A DNA stretch of 64,000 nucleotides from an uncultured Chloroflexia bacterium (GTDB lineage Bacteria; Chloroflexota; Limnocylindria; Limnocylindrales; CSP1-4). A model generated the notes under the pieces. That model was not told where the DNA came from, ran no database searches, and worked only from the letters and a program-made list of their open reading frames with translations. Position 1 is the first letter of the stretch, and each line of letters begins with the position of its first letter. The translations under genes were made by a program, and so were the position numbers. The stretch covers positions 78,824 to 142,823 of the forward strand of contig CAVTMH010000001.1 of assembly GCA_963735785.1 (NCBI GenBank), read 5' to 3'. Below, piece after piece: positions 8,985-18,878 of the stretch.

Positions 8985-9842
8985 GTGACCCCCGACCGAC
9001 CGCATCCGCAGATCCGCCCAGCCACGGCCGCGGAGCGCGCCGACGTCCGCGGGATGCACGCCGCGAACCGGCACGCGTGGGACGAGGCGGCCGAGCGCTA
9101 TGCCGGTTGGTACGACGAGGCCCTCGCGCTGATCTCATCGGGTGGCACGAATCTCCTCCCGCCGGAGCTCGAGCTCATCGGGGACCTGCACGGGCGTTGC
9201 CGTCGGGCCATCCACCTGCAATGCGCCGGGGGTCGCGACACGCTCTCGCTCTGGAACCTGGGAGCGGACGAGGTCGTCGGGGTCGATTTCAGCCCGCGCA
9301 TGCTCGAACTCGCCAGGCGGCTCTCGGCGGCCGTCGGAGCGCCCGCGCACTGGATCGAGGCCGACGTCCTGGACACGCCCGACGAACTGGACGGCACCGC
9401 CGACCTTTTGTACACCGGCCGAGGCTCGCTGATGTGGTTGCAGGACCTCGATGCCTGGGCTGCGGTGGTGTCCCGCCTGCTGGCGCCCGGTGGCCGCTTC
9501 GTGCTGTTCGAGGGCCACCCGGCTGAGTGGCTGTTCGACGTGGACTCGGGCGGCGGCTGGGTCGCGACCGACTACGACTACTTCGCCGGTCCCGAGGCCT
9601 CGAAGGGCTGGGCGCCCGAGTACATCGACCGCCTCTCACTCGATGACGACGAGCAGGCCTGGAAGTTCGCTCGAGCGTGGACGCTCGGCGAGATCCTCAC
9701 GGCGATCCTCGGTTCCGGGCTCACCATCGAACGGGTCACGGAGCACCCGACGGACTGGTGGAACGGCCACGCCGACGTCCGCGAGGACGAACGGGGCCGG
9801 ATCCCGCTGTCGTTCTCGGTGCTGGCCCGACGCGAGGGTTAG
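8985..9842 (+). CDS. Class I SAM-dependent methyltransferase
   Basis: HLQCAGGRDT, GVDFS and LLAPGGRFVLFEGHP. TAGACT 7 nt before GTG. Confidence 0.88.
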   Translation: MTPDRPHPQIRPATAAERADVRGMHAANRHAWDEAAERYAGWYDEALALISSGGTNLLPPELELIGDLHGRCRRAIHLQCAGGRDTLSLWNLGADEVVGVDFSPRMLELARRLSAAVGAPAHWIEADVLDTPDELDGTADLLYTGRGSLMWLQDLDAWAAVVSRLLAPGGRFVLFEGHPAEWLFDVDSGGGWVATDYDYFAGPEASKGWAPEYIDRLSLDDDEQAWKFARAWTLGEILTAILGSGLTIERVTEHPTDWWNGHADVREDERGRIPLSFSVLARREG

Positions 9843-11794
9843 CTCGCCGGGCTTGCCGGCCGATCGACGGAGACCCACGCCCGGTCGAGCGCGAGCTGGA
9901 TGACCGTCGAGCGTTCCTCCACGAGCGCCTGCCGGATGGCCGGTTCGACGTCCGCGTCGCGATCCACGCGCACGCCACGGGCGCCCAACGCGCGCCCGAT
10001 CGCGGCGAAGTCGACCGGTCCGAGCTCGGTGGCCACGCCCTCGCCGGTCCCGCGGGTCTCCTGCCACATCCGGATCGTCCCGTAACGCTCGTTGTCGAAC
10101 ACGAGGACGATGATGCGGGCGTGCTCGCGGGTGGCCGTCTCGAGCTCCGCCATCGTCATCGCCATGCCGCCGTCCCCGACGAGCGCCACGACCGGCCGGT
10201 CGCGATGCACCAGCGAGGCCGCGATGGCAGCCGGGATCCCGTAGCCCATGGCTCCCGAGGTCGGTCCCAGGAACGTGCCCGGCTTGCGGAACCGAAAGCC
10301 GCGGCCGGCCCACCCGGCGAAGTTGCCGGCGTCGGTCGTGATGATGGCGTCATCGGGGAGCACGTGGCGGAGGGTGGCTACGACGCGGCCCGGGTGGACT
10401 CCCGGGCCCGTCCAGGCGTCCGCGTCGGCGTCGACGATCGTTGCAACCTCCCATGCGGCACGGTCTGCCGCGTTGCTGGCCTGGCGACGTCGCACCAGCT
10501 CCGCATCGAGGACCGCCTTGCCGAGGAGCCGTTCGTTCGCCGCCCGCAGGAACGCGCGCGCATCGGCGACGACCGTCAGGGAGGGCTTCGGCAGGGCGTC
10601 GGGTCGTGTGGGCTCCAGATCGACATGCGCCCAGCGGGTCGTCGCCGCCGGGATCGTGTCGTCGTAGGACGTCGGCTCGTTCAGCCGCGACCCGATCACG
10701 AGCAGGGCATCGGCGACGGCGAGCCGCTCACGCACGGCCGCGGGGGCGCCGAAGCCCGCCATGCCGAGGTACAGCGGGTGATCGTTCGAGATGACGTCCG
10801 CTCGTCGCCACGCCGCGATGACGGGCACCTGCAGCAGCTCGGCGAAGCGGAGGAGCTCGGTCGACGTGCGGGCGCGCAGGACACCGCCGCCGGCGAGGAT
10901 GACGGGTCGCTCGGCGGACGCGAGCAACTCGATCGCCGCTCGCAAGTCGTCGTCCGTGGGCCGGGCCGGGCCGGGCCGGGCGCTCTCCACGCGCGCATCG
11001 GTCGGCGCCGGCTGGTCGAGCAGGTCTTCGGCCATCGACAGCAGGATCGGGCCGGGTCGGCCACCGAGGGCCTGGCGGATCGCCTCGGACAGGGCCGCCG
11101 CGACGTCCGTTGGCTGGCGTGGCTCAGCGGCCCACTTCGCCAGGCCACCGATGGTCGCGACCTGGTCGATCTCCTGGAACGCCTCGTGACCGCGATGCGC
11201 GCGCTCCACCTGGCCGACCACGGCGAACATCGGGGTCGAATCCTGGCGGGCCGTGTGGATGCCGATGGCCAGGTTCGCCGCACCCACGCCGCGGGTGCCG
11301 AGACACGCCGCCGGGCGACCGGTGAGCTGTCCGTGTGCCTCGGCCATGAACGCCGCGCCGCCCTCGTGGCGCGTGGCCACCACGCGGATCCCGGCATCGC
11401 CGAGGGCGTCGAGCAGGCCGAGGAACGATTCGCCTGGCACGGTGAACGCGTAGCGCACGCCGGCCGCGCGCAAGCCGTCGGCGACCAGCCTCCCCACGGT
11501 GCGTGGTGGTGCTTCTGCAGCCTCCCCCGTCGCGGTGTCGCGCGCCTGGATCGAGGGCACGTCGGTCGGCGCTCCTGGCGCCTCCATCGGCGGATGCTCC
11601 GACGGCATCTGGGGCTCGTCGATCGGTGTCGGCGGTTCCTCGATGGGGGGCGTCGGCACGTCGGTGGGCGCGGGCGGCTGCTCGGTCGGCGGCAGGTCGA
11701 CCGGCGCGGGTGGCTCCTCGATCGGGGTCGGCGGCTGCTCGGCCGGGGACTCGCCGGCGGGCACGCGGGGCGTCTCGGTCAGGGGCTCCGTCAT
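9839..11794 (-). CDS. TPP-binding enzyme (acetolactate synthase-like) with a Pro/Glu/Thr-rich N-terminal extension
   Basis: VPGES, RHEGGAAFMAEA, AFQE, GAMGYG and the GDGG...DN TPP motif. Confidence 0.9.
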   Translation of the reverse strand: MTEPLTETPRVPAGESPAEQPPTPIEEPPAPVDLPPTEQPPAPTDVPTPPIEEPPTPIDEPQMPSEHPPMEAPGAPTDVPSIQARDTATGEAAEAPPRTVGRLVADGLRAAGVRYAFTVPGESFLGLLDALGDAGIRVVATRHEGGAAFMAEAHGQLTGRPAACLGTRGVGAANLAIGIHTARQDSTPMFAVVGQVERAHRGHEAFQEIDQVATIGGLAKWAAEPRQPTDVAAALSEAIRQALGGRPGPILLSMAEDLLDQPAPTDARVESARPGPARPTDDDLRAAIELLASAERPVILAGGGVLRARTSTELLRFAELLQVPVIAAWRRADVISNDHPLYLGMAGFGAPAAVRERLAVADALLVIGSRLNEPTSYDDTIPAATTRWAHVDLEPTRPDALPKPSLTVVADARAFLRAANERLLGKAVLDAELVRRRQASNAADRAAWEVATIVDADADAWTGPGVHPGRVVATLRHVLPDDAIITTDAGNFAGWAGRGFRFRKPGTFLGPTSGAMGYGIPAAIAASLVHRDRPVVALVGDGGMAMTMAELETATREHARIIVLVFDNERYGTIRMWQETRGTGEGVATELGPVDFAAIGRALGARGVRVDRDADVEPAIRQALVEERSTVIQLALDRAWVSVDRPASPAS

Positions 11795-11822
11795 CGAACG
11801 TCGGTCCAGCGCACGGCCGCGC

Positions 11823-11927
11823 TCAGACCGCGACCGGATATGCGACGGCCGATGCGATGAGGCCCAGCACGATGAGGACGGTGACGATGATCATGACGAT
11901 GCGGGCGAACCGAGCTCCGGGCAACAC
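11823..11927 (-). CDS. Small single-TM protein (34 aa), DUF4044-like
   Basis: GAGGTG then GTG TTG..., giving MLPGARFARIVMIIVTVLIVLGLIASAVAYPVAV. Fills the gap between yajQ and the TPP gene. Confidence 0.6.
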   Translation of the reverse strand: MLPGARFARIVMIIVTVLIVLGLIASAVAYPVAV

Positions 11928-11935
11928 GCAGCACC

Positions 11936-12427
11936 TCAGCGGTAGTTCTGGAACTGCAGGGGAACGGCCTCATCGAGCTCGCGCAGGCGGGTGATGACCT
12001 TCTGGAGCTCGTCCTTGCTCTTGCTCGATACGCGGACGGCATCGCCCTGGATCTGCGACTTGGCCTTTGGGAACTCATCGCGGATGAGCTTGGTGATGCG
12101 TTTGGCGATGTCCTCGGACAGCCCGCGGCGGAGCTTGATCTCCTGGCGCACCTTGTTCCCACCCGCGGGCTCGACCTTGCCCCAATCGAAGATCTTCAGC
12201 GACAGGTTGCGCCGGATGGCCTTCGATTCGATCAGGTCCTTGACCGCGCTGGCCCGATACTCGTCGTCCGTGACCAGGACGAGCTCCTCTTTCGCCTGGG
12301 TCAGGTCGACCGTGACGCCCTTGAAGTCGAAGCGCTGGCCGACCTCGCGCCGGACCTGATCGAGCGCATTGCGCAGCTCCTGTTCGTCGAAGTCGCTGAC
12401 GACGTCGAAGGACGCATCACCTGCCAT
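11936..12427 (-). CDS. yajQ: YajQ family nucleotide/c-di-GMP-binding protein
   Basis: SFDVVS...NALDQ...RFDFKG, QIQGDAVRV, LQFQNYR. Confidence 0.95.
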   Translation of the reverse strand: MAGDASFDVVSDFDEQELRNALDQVRREVGQRFDFKGVTVDLTQAKEELVLVTDDEYRASAVKDLIESKAIRRNLSLKIFDWGKVEPAGGNKVRQEIKLRRGLSEDIAKRITKLIRDEFPKAKSQIQGDAVRVSSKSKDELQKVITRLRELDEAVPLQFQNYR

Positions 12428-12439
12428 CGGTCTCCTCTC

Positions 12440-12823
12440 CTACCCGGTCACCGGCGCCTCGCGCCGGTGCCACCACTCACGGAACCGACGGATCCTGCCA
12501 TCGCCGGCGATCTCGAGCGTCATGAAGCCGGCGAGTCGGACCCGAGCGCGGTTCGTGCGATGGACGTAACTGGCATGCCACGCCGCGAGGATCGTGTCGC
12601 CGACCACCCAGTGTCGTTCGACGGTCATCTCGACCTGATCCTGGGCCTCGGCCGCTTCGAGCAAGTATGCCCTGAGCGCATTCGACCCGACGAGAGCGGG
12701 CTCGAACGGGTCTTCGTGGTACTCGGCGTCGTCGGTGAACAGCTCGACCCAGGCATCACCGTCGAATGTCTCCCAGGCGCGCTTGTACCGATCGAGGAGG
12801 TCGGCGGCGGAAGCGTGATCCAC
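12440..12823 (-). CDS. NTF2/SnoaL-like protein
   Basis: YKRAWE...LFTDDAEYHEDPF...FREWW; GGAGG before GTG 12823. Confidence 0.85.
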   Translation of the reverse strand: MDHASAADLLDRYKRAWETFDGDAWVELFTDDAEYHEDPFEPALVGSNALRAYLLEAAEAQDQVEMTVERHWVVGDTILAAWHASYVHRTNRARVRLAGFMTLEIAGDGRIRRFREWWHRREAPVTG

Positions 12824-12825
12824 GG

Positions 12826-14389
12826 TCAGTCCTCCGATCCGAGTCGTCGCAACAGTCCTTCGCCGATCCGGTAGCTGAGTCCGCCACCCATGACGAGGAC
12901 GGCGTCGCCGGCACGTACCTCGTGCGCGAGCCAGTCCGCGGTCGCTTCGACATCGCCGGGTGCCTCGACGCGGATCCCGGAGCGGGCCTGCGCCACGGCC
13001 TCGGCAAGACCGGCGGCGGAGGCGACCGTCGTGTCGGGGTCCCGCCCGGCCCAGATGTCGGCGACGACCACCGCGTCGGCTGCAGCCAGCGCTTCGGCGA
13101 ACGCGGGCAGGAGCGCGGCCGTCCGATGGTACGTCAACGGTTCGTAGACCGCCCACACGCGGCGGCCCGGCTCACGCTGGCGGAGCGCGGCCAGGGTCTC
13201 CCGGATGGCGGTCGGATGGTGCCCGTAATCGTCGTAGACCACGACACCGGCCGCTTCGCCCTTGCGTTCGAGACGTCGCCCGACCCCCGGGAACGTGCCC
13301 AGGGCGACGACGATGTCGGCGACCGGCACGCCCAGCGCCAGGGCCGCCCCCGCCACGCCCAGGGCGTTGGCCACGTTGTGGCGTCCGGCACTGGAGAGGC
13401 GGACCGGAACGGAGCGATCCTCGAGGTCCAGGCCGAGCACCTCCACGGTCGTTCCGGCGGGATCGCTCGCGACGATGCGACCCAGGACCGGCTGGGCGGC
13501 TCCCGCCCGGGTCCGGTAGCGCGCCTCGATCGCCCCGGCGGCCCGTACCAGGCCCGACGGTGGCTCGTCGAGGACGCCTGTCCCGACGATCCGCAGATGG
13601 CTGTCCGTCAGGTGCTCGGCCACGGCCGCCCCGCCGGGATCCCCGACGTTGATGACCGCCACGGTCCCGTCAGGGCGCGGCGCAGCCACGCCACGAACGT
13701 GTCGACGACCGCGGCCTCATCGGCGAACACATCCGGGTGGTCCCATTCGGCTCCGGTCACGATCGCGACGTCGGGTCGGTACGCGTCGAAGTTGCCGGCG
13801 TACTCGTCGGCTTCGACCACGAACGGCGCCCCGTTCCCGATCCGGGCCGTCGACGCGAGTCCACCCGTGATCGACGGCGGGAGCAGCGCGCCGACGAAGG
13901 CCGACGGGTCGAGGCCCGGTCTCGACGAGAACATGAACGAGCCAGCCTGCCGTCGTGCTCTTGCCGTGCGTCCCTGCCACGCCGACCAGCGTGCGGCCCG
14001 CGGCCGCATCCGCGACGACCTGCTGCCACGACTCGATGGCGATCCCGGCCGCACGCGGCGGCGCCAAGCTCGGGGTGGTCCGGGTCGATCGCGGTCAGGG
14101 CCTTGGTCACGGCCACCCGTTCGGGGACTGGTGGGCCAGTGATGTGCGCGTGCGTCGTGTCGCCAGTCGAGGGTGATGCCGGCGGCTTCGAGCGGCCGGT
14201 GTGTACGGCGATGCGCCCCCGGCGTCGCAGCCGCTGACGAGCGCACCGGCATGATGGGCGAGAAGGGCGGCCGCACTCGCGCCGGCACCGCCTGCGCCGA
14301 CGACGTGGACCCGCTGGCCGGCGGGGATCGGGTCGGGCGCGGCGAGCCGGCGCGAGGCCCGCGCCGATGGCGGCCGCGTCGCGCGTCAC
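12826..14389 (-). CDS. murC: UDP-N-acetylmuramate--L-alanine ligase (MurC/Mpl family), several frameshifts
   Basis: Colinear fragments in different frames: [46 protein letters not shown] and DDYGHHPT. Confidence 0.85.
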
Positions 14390-14907
14390 GAGTCGGTCTG
14401 GGCCAGGCGCTCGAGCACGAGCGACAGCGCGGCCGCCGCGCTCGCCCGCTTGTTGCCGGCGCGATCGGCCGACCAGACGTGCCGTCGCACGTCGTCGCCC
14501 TCGCGCGTCGGCGACCGCCACGTAGGTCAGACCCGACGGGCTTCGCGTCGACTACCGCCGTCGGGTCCCGGCGATGCCCGTGACCGCCACGGCGACGTCG
14601 ACACCGAGCCGTCGGCGGGCGCCCTCGGCCATCGCGACGGCGACCTGCGCCGAGACGGCGCCGTGGGCGTCGAGCACGGCCGGCGGGACGTCGGCGAGCG
14701 TCGGTCTTCACCGCGTCCGCGTACGTGACGAGGCCGCCGAGGAAGTACGCGCTCGAGCCGGGGACCTCGGTGATCAGGTGCGCGACGAGCCCGCCGGTGC
14801 AGGACTCGGCGGTGGCGAGCGTCGGGACCGCGGCACGGCAGGCGGCCCCGACCCGCTCAGCGAGGTCCAGCAGGTCCTCGTCCGTCGGTGGACGTTCGTC
14901 GCTGCAC
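14386..14907 (-). CDS. CinA C-terminal/PncC nicotinamide mononucleotide deamidase, frameshifted
   Basis: [32 protein letters not shown] and HGAVSAQVA motifs. The stop overlaps the murC start (GTGA). Confidence 0.8.
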
Positions 14908-14912
14908 GTCCG

Positions 14913-16280
14913 TCAGCGACGCTGGGTCATCTCGGGCTTGGCGGGCGGCTGGAAGAGCCACGTCTCGGGTGTGCCGCTGCGGCCCAGCGCGCCAAGCGAC
15001 GTCCCGTTGAGCGCGAACTTCGTCACGCCCGACGAGCCGGTGCGGACCTCGATGGACTCCTTGGCGTTGAACGTCAACTTCTTGCCGTTGCCGTAGACGC
15101 GGCCCGCCGGCCCCGATGTCCGGATGGATCTTGCCGTCGACCCAGACCTTGATCCAGGCCCGCCCGCCCTCGATCGACACGACGAGGTTGACGCCCTTGA
15201 AGGCGACCGTGACGGCCCGCGTCAGGGATGCCGTCTTGCCCTCCGGGCTCGATGCGGTCACCGTGATCGCCCAGCGTCCGGCGGTCAGCTCGAACGGGGT
15301 CGTGAACGTGCCGTCCTCGGCGACCGTCGACGGTGACCGGGGCGGGGACGGCCGGTGGGGCCGGCGTGGCGGCCCCGGCACCTGTGGCCGGCGCGGCGCG
15401 GACCGGAATACGTGGCGCTCACCACGACCGAGTCGGCGTTCGTCGTGCGGCCCTGGACCGGGATCGCGCCGTTCTCGAACGTCGCGCTGTCGGCCGGCTG
15501 GTCGACCGTGAGGGTCGGCGCCTCGATGACCAGGAACGGCACCGTGATGAACAGGCTGACCGGGCTCTCCGACTGCTTGCCGGTGTCGGGGTCGACCGCG
15601 CGCACCTCGAACTGGTTCCGGCCGCGCCGCAGCTCGACACTCGCGCTCCAGTCACCATCGGCGTCGGCGCTCACGCTGTACGGGTCACGACCGGGCGTCG
15701 CGATGGAGATCGTGGCGCCCGCGCTCGAGGTCCCGCGCAGGACGTACTCGGTCGCCGATTCGTCGACGTCGACGACGGCCGCTGCTGGGCTCGTGACGGC
15801 GATCGTCGGCGGCTTGGCGAAGCGCAGCAGCTGGACGCCGAGGTACGCGGCGAACGCGAGCACGGCCACCGTCAGCAGCGCGAAGACGACCAGGCTCGGG
15901 CGAGAACGTCAGGCCCTTGCGCGGCGTGGCGATGGGCCGCGGCACGGTGATGACCGCCTGCGGCTCGCGCGGGTCTCCCCGCTCGCGACGCCACTGGAGG
16001 AGGACGTCGTCCGGATCGAGGCCGAGGTACAGCGCGTAGTTGCGCAGGAAGCCCTTCGTGTAGACGCGCCCGGCAGCTCGCGGTAGTCGCCGCGCTCGAG
16101 GGCGGCCAGGTAGCGAACGCGGATCTTCGTGTCGCGCTCGGCGCGATACAGGTCGACGCCCTTGCGCTCGCGTGCGGCCAGGAGCCGCTCAGGCAGGCCC
16201 GGGGTGGGTTCGGCCGGGATCGCGCGCGTCTCGCCGCGATCGGCCCTGACCGCCCGCCGGACCTGGTCCCGTGTCGTCAT
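14913..16280 (-). CDS. RodZ-like HTH protein with TM, two Ig-like repeats and a DUF4115-like C-terminus, frameshifted
   Basis: ARERKGVDLYRAERDTKIRVRYLAALERGDY...KGFLRNYA HTH; TM; two Ig-like blocks; AWIKVWVDG...VRTGSSG. Confidence 0.75.
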
Positions 16281-16416
16281 CGCGCAGTCCCGTCCTCATC
16301 GCGCCCGGTCGTGTCCGGCCGTCCTGGTCCCGCGCCGCCCCGACGACCACCGTCGGCACAGGATACCCCAGCCCTGACCGGGACCACATCGGAGACCCAT
16401 GGCCGCGCGCGTCGGC

Positions 16417-18876
16417 TCAATCACCGGGATCATCGATCTCGTCCTGTGTCCGGAACCAGTTCTCCGGCCCGTAGATCTGGCGGGGCGTGGCCGGATTGCG
16501 CGGATCCTGCGGACCGATGATGCCGTAGCGCTCCAGCTCGTCCATGACCCGGCTGGCCCGCGAGAAGCCCGAGCTTGAGCTTCGTCTGGAGCATCGAGGT
16601 GCGACGCCTTCTGCATGGTCATCACCAGCTCGGCCGCCGGGCACGGTCATCTCGTCGACGCCGAGCTTGCGCAGCCAGGCGAACTGGCCGTTGTCGGAGC
16701 CGACCCCATCTTCCGGGTCCGCGAAGGCGAGGATGCCCTCGTCGTAGAAGGTGCGACCGCCGGTCTGGTCGAGCCAGTGCTCGGTGACCGCGCCGACCTC
16801 CTGGTCGCTCACGAAGACGCCCTGCATGCGGACCGGCCGCGGCAGGTCGACCGGCTGGTAGAGCATGTCGCCGCGACCGATCAGGTCTTCGGCGCCCGGA
16901 GCGTCGAGGACCGTCCGCGAATCGATCATCGAGGCCATCGCGAACGCGATGCGCGACGGGACGTTGGCCTTGATGAGGCCGGTCACGACGTTGACCGATG
17001 GACGCTGCGTCGCGAGCACGAGATGGATGCCGACCGCGCGGGCCTTCTGGGCGATCTTGACGACCGGGTCCTCGACCTTGCGGCCCTCGCGCATGATCAG
17101 GTCGGCGAGCTCGTCGATGATCAGGACGATGTAGGGCATCCGCTCCGCGCTGGTGTCGGCCGCCGTCCCCGACCCGCCGCCGGCGGCGTCTCGTGTCCCG
17201 ATGGCCGGGTCGAACGGGCCGTTGGCCTCGGGCCGGGCGTTGAACGCGGCGATGTTGCGGACGCTGTGGGCGGCCAGCAGCTTGTAGCGGTCCTCCATCT
17301 CGCGGACCGCCCAGTTCAGCACGGCCTTGGCCTCGGCCGGTTCGACGATCACGTGCTGGAGCAGGTGCGGCAGACCGTTGTAGGGCGCCAGCTCGACGCG
17401 CTTGAGGTCGACCAGGATCATCCGGACCTCGTCTGGCCGCGCGCGCATCAGCAGGCTCGTGATGAGCGCGTTCACGCACACGCTCTTGCCGGAGCCCGTG
17501 GCACCGGCCACGAGCAGGTGCGGCATCTTGGCCAGGTCGACCGCGTACGCCTTGCCCGACACGTCGCGCCCGAGGGCGAACGTCAGCGGGCTCGTCGAGT
17601 CGAGCATCTGGCTCTCGTCGACGAGCGGCTGGAAGCCGACCACCTCGCTGACCGAGTTCGGGATCTCGATGCCGACGACGTCCTTGCCCGGGATCGGCGC
17701 CTCGATGCGGATCGAGCGGGCGGCGAGGGCCATGGCCAGGTCGTCGGCGAGCGCCTCGATGCGCGAGACCTTGACGTGGTGCTCGGGGCGGACCTCGTAC
17801 TGGGTCACGACCGGGCCGGAGTTGACGGCCACGACCTTGGCCGGGATCGAGAAGCTCAGCAGCTTCTCCTCGATGCGGCGGGTGTTCGAGGCGTGGTCGA
17901 CCGCGTTCCCGACACGGGCGGCCGCACGAGGCTCCAGCAGATCGATGGCGGGCAGGGTCCAGTCGATCGCATTGAGCGACTCGAGGGCGGTGGGCGCATC
18001 GCCGATGAGGGCGGTCGCGCCCCGCGCGGCACTGCCATATGCCGGCCGGACGGATCCACCGGCGCCACCGTCCGTCGGGCCGGTCCAGACGGTCTGGCTC
18101 ATGGGCGATTGGCCGGACCGAGGCGCCGGTTCGTCGAGGATGCTCCGCGCCGCGTCGTCGACGGATTCGATCGGGACGGCGACCGCGTCCCGCGTGGACG
18201 GCTTCACCCTGGAGGTACCGTTTGTGGCAGCGTCGGCCCCTGCCGGACGCGCCTCCTGTGCGCGACGCAGGGATTCGGCCGTCGTCGAGCCGACCCAGCG
18301 GGCGGTCCCGGTGAACGGAGCTACGAGCTGGCGCAGCTGCAGGTTGAAGGCCACCATCAACCCGAGCAGGCCGATCGCCACCAGCAGCACGATCGCGCCA
18401 GGTCCGGTGAGCAGCGGCTCGAGGTTCGCGGCCAGGAAGCGGCCGATCCGCCCACCGCCGCGCTCGGCGTTGAAAAGGTCGCTGGCGAGGATCTCGAATG
18501 CCCCGAGACCTGCCACATAGGCGATCGCGAGCCCACCGAGGGTCATCCCCCAGCCGGAGCCCGCCTTCTTGCCCGGTCCGGCGGCGATCCACCAGCCGCC
18601 GGCCAGGAGCAGGAACGGCAGGAGCCAGCGCCCGGTCTCGAACCACGGGGCGATCGAGTCGCGCCACCAGTCGGTCAGGGCGCCTTCACCCGGCAGGACG
18701 AGCGCGATGAGCGTGATCGCCCCGAGGGCCATCATCGCGGTCCCCAGGATCGAACGCACGACCTCCGGGCTTACGCGGCTCGCGAAGCCGCTCGACCGGC
18801 GGCGCCGCGGCGTCCGGCCGGCGGTGCTCCTCGTGGTGCTGGAGCGGGTCGTGCTCGCCCGTCGACGTGTCGCCAA
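16417..18876 (-). CDS. ftsK: DNA translocase FtsK/SpoIIIE (compensating frameshifts in the gamma domain near 16560-16640)
   Basis: N-terminal TMs, PHLLVAGATGSGKS, IIDELADL, ATQRPS and LIGRGDML. Confidence 0.95.
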   Translation of the reverse strand: MATRRRASTTRSSTTRSTAGRTPRRRRSSGFASRVSPEVVRSILGTAMMALGAITLIALVLPGEGALTDWWRDSIAPWFETGRWLLPFLLLAGGWWIAAGPGKKAGSGWGMTLGGLAIAYVAGLGAFEILASDLFNAERGGGRIGRFLAANLEPLLTGPGAIVLLVAIGLLGLMVAFNLQLRQLVAPFTGTARWVGSTTAESLRRAQEARPAGADAATNGTSRVKPSTRDAVAVPIESVDDAARSILDEPAPRSGQSPMSQTVWTGPTDGGAGGSVRPAYGSAARGATALIGDAPTALESLNAIDWTLPAIDLLEPRAAARVGNAVDHASNTRRIEEKLLSFSIPAKVVAVNSGPVVTQYEVRPEHHVKVSRIEALADDLAMALAARSIRIEAPIPGKDVVGIEIPNSVSEVVGFQPLVDESQMLDSTSPLTFALGRDVSGKAYAVDLAKMPHLLVAGATGSGKSVCVNALITSLLMRARPDEVRMILVDLKRVELAPYNGLPHLLQHVIVEPAEAKAVLNWAVREMEDRYKLLAAHSVRNIAAFNARPEANGPFDPAIGTRDAAGGGSGTAADTSAERMPYIVLIIDELADLIMREGRKVEDPVVKIAQKARAVGIHLVLATQRPSVNVVTGLIKANVPSRIAFAMASMIDSRTVLDAPGAEDLIGRGDMLYQPVDLPRPVRMQGVFVSDQEVGAVTEHWLDQTGGRTFYDEGILAFADPEDGVGSDNGQFAWLRKLGVDEMTVPGGRAGDDHAEGVAPRCSRRSSSSGFSRASRVMDELERYGIIGPQDPRNPATPRQIYGPENWFRTQDEIDDPGD

Positions 18877-18878
18877 GC

